In this document: one piece after another, positions 27,927-35,722 of the stretch
Layout: the number at the start of each line of letters is the position of its first letter
Position numbering within the stretch: position 1 is the first letter of the stretch
Assembly (NCBI GenBank): GCA_050013255.1
Contig: JBEKFP010000003.1
Coordinates: 64,001-128,000, forward strand
From: Candidatus Bathyarchaeia archaeon
GTDB lineage: Archaea > Thermoproteota > Bathyarchaeia > 40CM-2-53-6
DNA: 64,000 nt
Reading direction: 5' to 3'
Program-made: the position numbers and the translations under genes
Notes under the pieces: model-generated
Databases searched by the model: none
Seen by the model: only the letters and a program-made list of their open reading frames with translations
What the model was told of the DNA's origin: nothing

Positions 27927-28772
27927 TCAAGGCGTGAAAATCAGTAGCTCTTCTTCGTATCGCCTTCCATCAACTATCGAACCGGGCGGTTTTCGCTCAA
28001 CATGCCTTTGCGCAAGAAGCTCACCGAGTTTTCTGTCAGCTTCCTCACGCGAAATCGTGGGGTCTGTGAGCATCTTGAGTGGAACATCTACTCTGAGAGG
28101 GCGAGAAGGCATCACATGGCGTGTGATTTTGTGAGGCAGGAGGTGCCCCGTGATGCCGAATTCGCGAATTTGCTGTTTGCTGAAAATTGGTACAGAAATG
28201 ATGAGATTCAGTTCGTTTGACTGGAGTTTTTGCAGGGCAGTAGTTTCCGGCGAGTAGGTCACAGCGTGCCCTTTCTTGACCATCGTTTTTTCGAGGCTTA
28301 CCGCTGTTCTTGCGAGTTGAATTGGGTCTATTGATTCAGGCAATGAGAACTCCGCGTTGGTTCTGGTTATCATAATAGTTTGAGAATTGTTGCTCATTTT
28401 CGCCGGCTCAACCTTTCGCAATGAGTAGTGTAGCCCGGCGTCTATTAGCAGCCTTTCCGCGACTGTTTCAGCTTCGTCTACCGCGAAAAGCCTGAACCAT
28501 GCTCCCACCTTGATCAGAGGGTTGTCGTAGTCGACCAAGCAGCAAGGAACAAAACGACACTTTAGCAGCCTCAATGAGTTGAAGCGGTGCATTCCATCTA
28601 GAATCACATAGTCCTCCTGATCGACGACCAGTGGATCTCGGAGTTCTCCCTCTCCTAGAACTTCATTCGCGAGCGATCCAACAACAGGGTCTATGACTTC
28701 TTCGTGCGGCTTGAGTTCGTCAAGGTTGACCATGGAAATTCTGAAACTCAGCTTTGACGAGCTAATTTCCAT
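27927..28772 (-). CDS. ParB/Srx N-terminal domain protein (SerK/SbnI-like)
   Basis: LKPHEE, PLVVD, ILDGMHR, LLPHKITRH. Confidence 0.7.
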   Translation of the reverse strand: MEISSSKLSFRISMVNLDELKPHEEVIDPVVGSLANEVLGEGELRDPLVVDQEDYVILDGMHRFNSLRLLKCRFVPCCLVDYDNPLIKVGAWFRLFAVDEAETVAERLLIDAGLHYSLRKVEPAKMSNNSQTIMITRTNAEFSLPESIDPIQLARTAVSLEKTMVKKGHAVTYSPETTALQKLQSNELNLIISVPIFSKQQIREFGITGHLLPHKITRHVMPSRPLRVDVPLKMLTDPTISREEADRKLGELLAQRHVERKPPGSIVDGRRYEEELLIFTP

Positions 28773-28919
28773 TCTTCAACCCTCGAGACGGAAGAAGGTG
28801 GGATTGGAGTGGGCTCTAAGGGTTACTGACAAGTGTTCGGTTTGAAAAGGGCGGTAGGTCAGCGGAAGAAAGATAGGGGAAACCGTTCGAACTGTCCCAA
28901 ACGTGTCCTAAGATGAATT

Positions 28920-29066
28920 CTATTTCGTGAACTTCGTCATCTTAGTGCCGCAAGTCGGGCACGTCGCACGCATCATGTTACGACCCTTGGCAGTCTTCTC
29001 CATCGTGGTCTGATCGTCGGGCACAGTCTTCTTCTCCTTGCATTTCACGCAAAACATTTCGGCCAA
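28920..29066 (-). CDS. 48-aa zinc-ribbon protein (DUF5679-like)
   Basis: Not in ORF track: MAEMFCVKCKEKKTVPDDQTTMEKTAKGRNMMRATCPTCGTKMTKFTK*, GGAGG SD upstream of the TTG. Confidence 0.8.
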   Translation of the reverse strand: MAEMFCVKCKEKKTVPDDQTTMEKTAKGRNMMRATCPTCGTKMTKFTK

Positions 29067-29272
29067 TGAACATTCCCTCCCCTTTCTGAATTGACTTGGT
29101 GTTAGCGGATGGCGAAGCCATAAAAGGCTTTGCTAATCAATCCTGAAGGTCGCAGCATTTCTTAACGAACTATGTAAGTTTTGATAAGTCAAAAGCAATC
29201 CTGGAATTGGGTCGCTCCAGAAACGATGGAACCATAAGCAAGTTAAGTGAAAACAGCGCGTTGGTTGATTGA

Positions 29273-30208
29273 ATGCCAGCTCGAAAGCTAATATCAATTA
29301 TCGGTACCGGAAAGTTGGGAAGCGCCGTCGCCCTGCAAGTGGCGCAGAGAGAACTAGGCGACCTGAGACTTGTTGACATAATTCAGGGCCTTCCACAAGG
29401 CGAAGCCCTCGACCTTGGGCAGATGGCAGCAGAACAGGGCGTGGACGTTGATATTGTTGGGTCAAATGATTACAAAGACATCGCGGGCTCAGACCTCGTT
29501 GTCGTCATTGGCGGTTTAGGTAGAAAACCTGGGATGACGAGGCTCGACCTGCAAGAAAAGAACGAAGCGATCATCCGAGGCATTGCCGAGAAGATCGTGG
29601 AATACGCTCCCAAAACATTAGTCTTGATGGTGACCAATCCGCTCGACGTGATGACCTACCTCGCTTGGAAGGTCACAGGATTCGAGCCCTCTCGAGTCTT
29701 TGGCCAGAGCGGAATGTTGGACACGATGCGTTTCAAGTACTTCATCGCGAAAGCGCTGAGAGTGTCGACGAGTTCGGTTCAAGCCGTAGTCATCGGTGAG
29801 CATGGGGATTCCATGGTTCCGTTGCCAAGGTTTTCAACTGTGAACGGTGTCCCGATAACCGAGTTGCTCTCAGCCGCGGAGGTCAATGATGCCGTTGACC
29901 ATACCCGAAAGATTGCTGCTGAAGTCATTGCTCTGAAGGGAGCGACGATATACGCGCCCGCGCACGGAATTGCGCGAATGGTTGAGACCATCATCAAGGA
30001 CAAGAAGATGGCGTTGTGCATGACGGCTCACTTGAACGGTCAATACGGACTCAAGGATGTGTATGTTGATGTTCCAGCGATTCTGGGCGCACAGGGTGTC
30101 GAGCGCGTAATTGAACTGAAGTTGAACCCTGAGGAATCTGCAGCCTTTCAGAAGTCCGTGGAAATTGTGAAGGCAGCCTGCGGTCATTTGAAAACGGTCA
30201 AGGCTTAA
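29273..30208 (+). CDS. mdh: Malate dehydrogenase (LDH-like)
   Basis: GTGKLG, RKPGMTRLDL, VTNPLD, LD..R, GEHGDSM. Confidence 0.92.
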   Translation: MPARKLISIIGTGKLGSAVALQVAQRELGDLRLVDIIQGLPQGEALDLGQMAAEQGVDVDIVGSNDYKDIAGSDLVVVIGGLGRKPGMTRLDLQEKNEAIIRGIAEKIVEYAPKTLVLMVTNPLDVMTYLAWKVTGFEPSRVFGQSGMLDTMRFKYFIAKALRVSTSSVQAVVIGEHGDSMVPLPRFSTVNGVPITELLSAAEVNDAVDHTRKIAAEVIALKGATIYAPAHGIARMVETIIKDKKMALCMTAHLNGQYGLKDVYVDVPAILGAQGVERVIELKLNPEESAAFQKSVEIVKAACGHLKTVKA

Positions 30209-30986
30209 GCTTGTTCCCGGTACGCGCTCTAGCTACTCGGTTTGCTATTTGCGCGGCGACAACGCCTGCGGCTATACCTGAATCAATGTTTACAACCGAT
30301 AGCCCAAGGGAGCAGGCCTGAAGCATGGCCATTAACGCCGCTTGCCCTTTCCCACCATAACCGTAGCCCGACGAACTAGGGACAGCAATAATAGGTATGT
30401 CGACTAGGCCTGCCACTACTGTCGGTAACGCTCCTTCGCGGCCCGCTACGACGATAAGGCAGTCAACGTTGTTCTTCACCATACCCGTCAATGGTTCGAC
30501 CAATCGGTGGATGCCAGCGACTCCCGCGTCTGCTTCCAGAAAAGTTTCGCAACCCATTTCTTCTGCAATCATTGCTGCTTCTTCAGCGACTGGCAGATCA
30601 ACCGTTCCGGCAGTTATGATGCCAACCCGACCGCCAGTCTCGACCTTTTTGTGACCAGTGTCACTGATTACGATGGTTGCAGCGTGCGGAGGTTTTTTCA
30701 CTTCATAACCAACGAAGTGTTCTTTTAATTTCTGTAATTGCTGTTCGCTCACTCGGCTAACGATCGCTCGTCCATTCCTCGTAACCATCAAGTCGCAAAT
30801 TTGAAGTAGGTCTCCGCTTGATTTTCCTTCGGCGAATATTATCTCAGGGACCCCGCGTCGAATCGTCCTTCCAATATCCAGCCGAGCTATCTTGGCAACA
30901 TTCTCGATAGTGTTGATTTTCAACGCCCTCTCAGCATCATCGACAGAAATTTCGCCCTTGCGTAGTTTCTCAAGAATCTCTCGCAA
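30198..30986 (-). CDS. larB: Nickel pincer cofactor biosynthesis protein LarB
   Basis: RLD..R..R.GVPE.IFAEGK, AGT.DLPVAEEA, DAGVAGIHRL, AGREGALP, VVNIDSG. Confidence 0.92.
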   Translation of the reverse strand: MREILEKLRKGEISVDDAERALKINTIENVAKIARLDIGRTIRRGVPEIIFAEGKSSGDLLQICDLMVTRNGRAIVSRVSEQQLQKLKEHFVGYEVKKPPHAATIVISDTGHKKVETGGRVGIITAGTVDLPVAEEAAMIAEEMGCETFLEADAGVAGIHRLVEPLTGMVKNNVDCLIVVAGREGALPTVVAGLVDIPIIAVPSSSGYGYGGKGQAALMAMLQACSLGLSVVNIDSGIAAGVVAAQIANRVARARTGNKLKP

Positions 30987-31043
30987 GAAATTTCGCCAGC
31001 GTGGAAACGCCTAAGTACGAAGAGCTATAAGACCTACCATAAA

Positions 31044-32009
31044 ATGTTACCAGCAATAGCGTCCGAACAATCGATGCAAGTCACGCTTCGAAATGTGCCC
31101 CCTGCTCTCCGCGAGAAGACTTCGAAGGCCCTGACTATGTTCAGTGGATATGGTAAGGTCATCGTAGCGTTCTCCGGGGGAATAGATAGCACCCTCGTAG
31201 CCCTCTTTGCGAAACTCGCACTTGGCGAGAATGCGATCGCGGTAACCGCGGACTCCCCTAGCCTTCCGTCGTCCGAATTGAAAGAGGCCGAGCAACTGGC
31301 TGAGGTGATAGGCATCAGGCACATGGTCATTCGAACCGAGGAATTAGATGATCCGAGGTATGCGGTTAACCCTGCTAACCGGTGCTATTTCTGCAAAAAA
31401 GAGTTGAGCCTTAAACTGAAAGAGCTGGCCTCCAACCTTGGGATTTCGATCATTGCGGATGGAACTAACCTAGACGACCTACAGGGGCACAGACCCGGAG
31501 CGGCAGCCCTCGCGCAAGAAGCCGTGAAGAGGCCGCTAGCCGAAGTTGGATTCACAAAGGGTGAGGTCAGAGAGTTAGCTAGGTTGTTCGGGCTTCCGAA
31601 CTTCGACAAGCCGTCGATGCCATGCCTCTCCTCACGAATTCAGTACGGTCAAGCAATATCCCCGGAACGGCTGCAACGAGTTGAGAAATCGGAGAACTTC
31701 ATTCGCTCGCTAATAGGGGTAAAAGAGTTACGTGTTAGAGATCACGGAAACTTAGCAAGAATCGAGGTGGGGAAAGATGAGCGGAAGCTCTTCTTCAACG
31801 AGTACCTACTTGATACAATTGGGAAGAAGTTGCGGGATTTCGGATTCATGTACGTCTCTTTCGACCTATTCGGTTACAGGACCGGAAGCATGAATGAAAC
31901 ATTAATTTCCAGCATAAGATCAGAGCCAGAATCGCTCATGGACTCTAGAGCCTCAAGGCCTAGCCACCGTGGGCAACAGGCAGCAATGCCAACTCATCGC
32001 CTTCCTTGA
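31044..32009 (+). CDS. larE: ATP-dependent sulfur transferase LarE
   Basis: PP-loop SGGIDS, RCYFCK, DGTN.DD...RPG, PCLSSR, RVRDHG, GYRTGSMN. Confidence 0.92.
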   Translation: MLPAIASEQSMQVTLRNVPPALREKTSKALTMFSGYGKVIVAFSGGIDSTLVALFAKLALGENAIAVTADSPSLPSSELKEAEQLAEVIGIRHMVIRTEELDDPRYAVNPANRCYFCKKELSLKLKELASNLGISIIADGTNLDDLQGHRPGAAALAQEAVKRPLAEVGFTKGEVRELARLFGLPNFDKPSMPCLSSRIQYGQAISPERLQRVEKSENFIRSLIGVKELRVRDHGNLARIEVGKDERKLFFNEYLLDTIGKKLRDFGFMYVSFDLFGYRTGSMNETLISSIRSEPESLMDSRASRPSHRGQQAAMPTHRLP

Positions 32010-32256
32010 GTTCAGTTTCAAGACCCCTCAGGGTGTTAATCTCCCTTCCCGAGACCATGATTAGAGCGTTGGGCCGAGGGTCCGAAGTCGTACTGTCCAT
32101 GAGTAATGATCTGAGAGTCCTAAACTCTCCTAGCGCAAATATTCGCTCGATCGCAGACTTGACAGTGCGTTCATTCTCAGGAAGCTCAACGGTGAGACTG
32201 TTCGCGCTGGCGGCTGACCTGAAGACGCCGTACAGTTTTAGTTGTACTCGCATCAC
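31960..32256 (-). CDS. MoaD/ThiS/SAMP ubiquitin-like sulfur carrier
   Basis: Beta-grasp pattern ending LKEGDELALLPVAHGG. Confidence 0.88.
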   Translation of the reverse strand: MMRVQLKLYGVFRSAASANSLTVELPENERTVKSAIERIFALGEFRTLRSLLMDSTTSDPRPNALIMVSGREINTLRGLETELKEGDELALLPVAHGG

Positions 32257-32545
32257 TATTCTTCCGGAGGCCCGTCGAGTTTGCCCGCACTTATAGGATT
32301 TGCACGAGCAAACTATGGTTTTCTAACACATTAGCATCAAAGCTCCAACTAGGCTAATGCCGCGAGACCTTCAATTTTTGCCTTGAAATAAGCAAGAATT
32401 CTAATTCACAAGCGTTCGTAAACGAGTCATCTTTGCGATAAGAATCTCGCCCTCGTTTTCCGCGATTTTGACACGTAATGCTTACTTAATGTTATTAATT
32501 ATTGTCCGGACCTCGCTTCGTCGAACAAAACAGTGGTTGGTTCCA

Positions 32546-35368
32546 GTGGGCAAGACGAAGCTATCAATCATACTGATTACCGTATCATTAATTGTGTTGG
32601 CTGTTGGCGCGATTCCCGCGAGTGCGCAAATGGGCGTTTGGCGCGACATCAACCCAGACGCTTACATCACCCCGGCTGCGAACCCGCAATTGAATTCCAT
32701 CTATATGCTGTCATCGACAGAGGGATGGGCTGTCGGAGATTCCAGACCGACCACAAATACGATACTGGCGCTCCCAGCAATATTCCACTATGACGGATCA
32801 ACATGGAATATTGTCCCAGCGCCCAAATTCCCAAGCTTCCCCTATACGCAAGCCGCTTACAATTTGACCTCAGTAACGTTTGGGTCCCCAAACAATCCGA
32901 TTAGTAGAAACGATGGTTGGGCGGTCGGTTTCAATGGTACACTAGGCGCTGTCGTTGTGGGCCCGCCATTAACCCAACCATGTTCTGTTGTACCCACTCC
33001 GACTTTGAATCCCTGCCAGTCGGTTGCTCTACACTGGGACGGCGTTACTTGGCGTGCGGAAACCGCCGGCTTAAGCGGCGCGGATGCGGGACCGCTGTGG
33101 TCAGCGTTCATGGTCAGTTCAACTGATATTTGGGCCGTAGGACAGAACGAGCTGGGAACTGCTGGGACATTTTGGCATTGGACTGGCGTTCCGGGACTCG
33201 GCGGAGGATGGAATGAACCACAAATACCAGTCAAGGGCACATTCTTCTATGGCGTGTTCATGGTGAGCGCAACTGAAGGTTGGGCCGTCGGGTCAGGTGG
33301 CGCAATCTACCATTACTTCGGCGGCGTTTGGACCGCTTCCAGTTCTCCCATAACGGTTCCGCTAAGATCCGTATACATGCTGAGCCCAACGGAGGGATGG
33401 GCGGCTGGCGACGGAGGCACTATCGCTCACTATGCAGCGGGTACGTGGACAGGTCCCGTTAGTCCGGGAACGACGTTCAACAACCTGTTGTCAGTATTCA
33501 TGATTTCCTCAACCGAAGGTTGGGCCTTCGGAAAAGCTGGCACGATACTTCATTATTCGGGCGGTTCATGGACGGCACTTCCACCTAACCTCGTACCAAC
33601 GACCCCAGTAGCATCATTGAACTTCAACTCAGCATATTTCACAAGCGCCACCGACGGATGGGGCGTTGGAACTGATGGAGTGGTTCTTCATTTCGACGGG
33701 ACAAACTACGGGACTATAACTAGCCCGACGATTAATAATTTCACATCAATTTCCTTCGGGCCACCCTTGACGGGTCCTATCGACCCGAATAATGGTTGGG
33801 CCGTAGGTAACGCGTCCACAACGGGAACCAACGAGCCGACGATTTATCATTGGAACGGATTTGTGTGGACGAAGGGTGTTGCTATTGGCGTTCAGAACAA
33901 TCTGAATTCCGTCTTCATGGTGAACGGTGGCGACGCGTGGACTGTGGGTGGCGGAGTCACGCACCTGACTGCTACGTGCGCGGTACTTCCATGCCCAGTG
34001 ATCCTGCATTTCACAGGAGGATCCTGGAATACCCTTACTCCGCCGTCAGGGTCCTACTTCCTCAATTCGGTTTTCATGGTGAGTTCGACCGAGGGATGGG
34101 CAGTTGGCCAGCAATCCGTGCCGCCGTACCTGTGCCCGCCGAGGCTGACAATGTGTACTACTGCCGGGATAATCCTTCATTACACAGTTACTGGAGGTGT
34201 AGGAACTTGGGCCATCTTTCCTGCTCCCTCGAGCCCCGCCCCTACGCCACCACTCAAATCAGTTTTCATGCTGGGCGCAAATGAGGGTTGGGCTGTAGGA
34301 GACAATGCGACGATCCTTCATTATACGGTGACCGGTGGCATCGGTACATGGAATCCTATAGTGGTTAGTGGAACGCCGGGGCTGAGCCCGAACGCGAATC
34401 TCACGTCCGTGTTCATGCTAAGCCCGACGAGCGGATGGGCTGTTGGTGGCATACAGGTATGCCCGGTTGGCTGTCTGGGTGCACTAAACGACGCCCCCGT
34501 TATCATTTACTGGGATGGAACAAAATGGGAACCGATAACCACGCCGCCAATTCCGGGCTTCATCACGCCGAGCGGACATACAAGTGGGATTCTCAAATCA
34601 GTCTTCTTCACTACGCCTAATGATGGTTGGGCGGTGGGCTATCCTGGAATGCTTGTGGCCAACATAATGCATTGGGATGGTACCGCTTGGAACCTTGTCA
34701 CCTTGTCCCCCTCTTTGCTCGGCGCCACCGCTACTGGTCTAGGAGGTGCGCCACCAATCCTCACGTCCATATACATGACCACTGAAACCAGTGGCTGGAT
34801 TGTTGGCGCTGAACCTGAATTCGGTTCTTCCACCTCCGACCCAACATTCTTCACTGATCCCACGATCCCACGGCAGGAATTCATGAAACCGCTTTCAACT
34901 ATCCTTAGGTTCGCGCCGTTCGGAGGTATTTTCTCAACGACCTCCACAAACACGCTAGTATCAACGGTGTCTACTTCCACGACTGCTCTGACAACAACCA
35001 TCACGACCTCGGTATCTACGGTGCCGGGCAGCGTGCCGATAACGATCAAGGTAGTCGACAGTCTAGGCAACCCGGTTCAGGGCGCAACCGTCAGTATTCC
35101 ATCACTAGGGATGCAAGGCCAAACGGATTCCCAGGGCACAATTACTTTCACAGTACCACTAGGAACATATACGGTGAATATCGCTAAAGGTTCAACTTCA
35201 GCGTCTCCTTCGATTAACGTCGTAAGCGGAGGTCAAACGTTTACCCTCACCTTAGCGGTGGGGGGCGCTGGTATTCCAGGGTTCCCGGTTGAATCAATCG
35301 CCGCGGGATTATTCTTGGGCATGATGGCGCTCCTGCTAGCGCGTCGTAAGCGGAGATCGAGAGTTTGA
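32546..35368 (+). CDS. Cell-surface double beta-propeller protein (14 GWAVG repeats) + Thr-rich linker + Ig-like domain + IPGF sorting tail
   Basis: Signal peptide; 14 repeats of L.SV.M.S..EGWAVG...I.H..G..W; GIPGFPVESI-TM-RRKRR; probable GTG start at 32546. Confidence 0.82.
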   Translation: MGKTKLSIILITVSLIVLAVGAIPASAQMGVWRDINPDAYITPAANPQLNSIYMLSSTEGWAVGDSRPTTNTILALPAIFHYDGSTWNIVPAPKFPSFPYTQAAYNLTSVTFGSPNNPISRNDGWAVGFNGTLGAVVVGPPLTQPCSVVPTPTLNPCQSVALHWDGVTWRAETAGLSGADAGPLWSAFMVSSTDIWAVGQNELGTAGTFWHWTGVPGLGGGWNEPQIPVKGTFFYGVFMVSATEGWAVGSGGAIYHYFGGVWTASSSPITVPLRSVYMLSPTEGWAAGDGGTIAHYAAGTWTGPVSPGTTFNNLLSVFMISSTEGWAFGKAGTILHYSGGSWTALPPNLVPTTPVASLNFNSAYFTSATDGWGVGTDGVVLHFDGTNYGTITSPTINNFTSISFGPPLTGPIDPNNGWAVGNASTTGTNEPTIYHWNGFVWTKGVAIGVQNNLNSVFMVNGGDAWTVGGGVTHLTATCAVLPCPVILHFTGGSWNTLTPPSGSYFLNSVFMVSSTEGWAVGQQSVPPYLCPPRLTMCTTAGIILHYTVTGGVGTWAIFPAPSSPAPTPPLKSVFMLGANEGWAVGDNATILHYTVTGGIGTWNPIVVSGTPGLSPNANLTSVFMLSPTSGWAVGGIQVCPVGCLGALNDAPVIIYWDGTKWEPITTPPIPGFITPSGHTSGILKSVFFTTPNDGWAVGYPGMLVANIMHWDGTAWNLVTLSPSLLGATATGLGGAPPILTSIYMTTETSGWIVGAEPEFGSSTSDPTFFTDPTIPRQEFMKPLSTILRFAPFGGIFSTTSTNTLVSTVSTSTTALTTTITTSVSTVPGSVPITIKVVDSLGNPVQGATVSIPSLGMQGQTDSQGTITFTVPLGTYTVNIAKGSTSASPSINVVSGGQTFTLTLAVGGAGIPGFPVESIAAGLFLGMMALLLARRKRRSRV

Positions 35369-35385
35369 CCGCGGAGGAAAATCCG

Positions 35386-35547
35386 ATGCACAACCGCCGT
35401 ATCAGAATGGCGAACATCACTGCCACGCTTCCAGTCCAATTGCTGGATAGGGTGGATGAGCTAATCGATAATGACAGGGCACCATCTAGGTCATACGTGA
35501 TACGAGAGGCTGTTACGAAATACCTGAAGGACTTTGAGAGGAAGTAA
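35386..35547 (+). CDS. CopG/ribbon-helix-helix DNA-binding protein
   Basis: NITATLPVQLLDRVDELIDNDRAPSRSYVIREAVTKYL; GGAGG SD before ATG 35386. Confidence 0.82.
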   Translation: MHNRRIRMANITATLPVQLLDRVDELIDNDRAPSRSYVIREAVTKYLKDFERK

Positions 35548-35571
35548 TGTATTTGTGTGGCATAAGAAAAC

Positions 35572-35659
35572 GAACTCATCGACGAGCAGGGCTCCCTCTC
35601 GCTGATACATTATTAGAGAGGCTGTAAGGAAGTATCTCAGGGAGCTCAAGCATAATTGA
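35572..35659 (+). pseudogene. Decayed tandem copy of the RHH gene
   Basis: ELID/frameshift/SRAPSR*YIIREAVRKYLRELKHN*; 5' part missing. Confidence 0.78.
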
Positions 35660-35722
35660 CGTGTTCGTGTGGCACAGGACAACACTCAAATAGCATGACG
35701 TACACCTCAGCGACCAGTTGGT

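Noticed and set aside
35572-35659. Selenocysteine or readthrough at the in-frame TGA of the second RHH copy
   Set aside because: It replaces a Ser codon in a copy that is also frameshifted and lacks its 5' end; ordinary decay.
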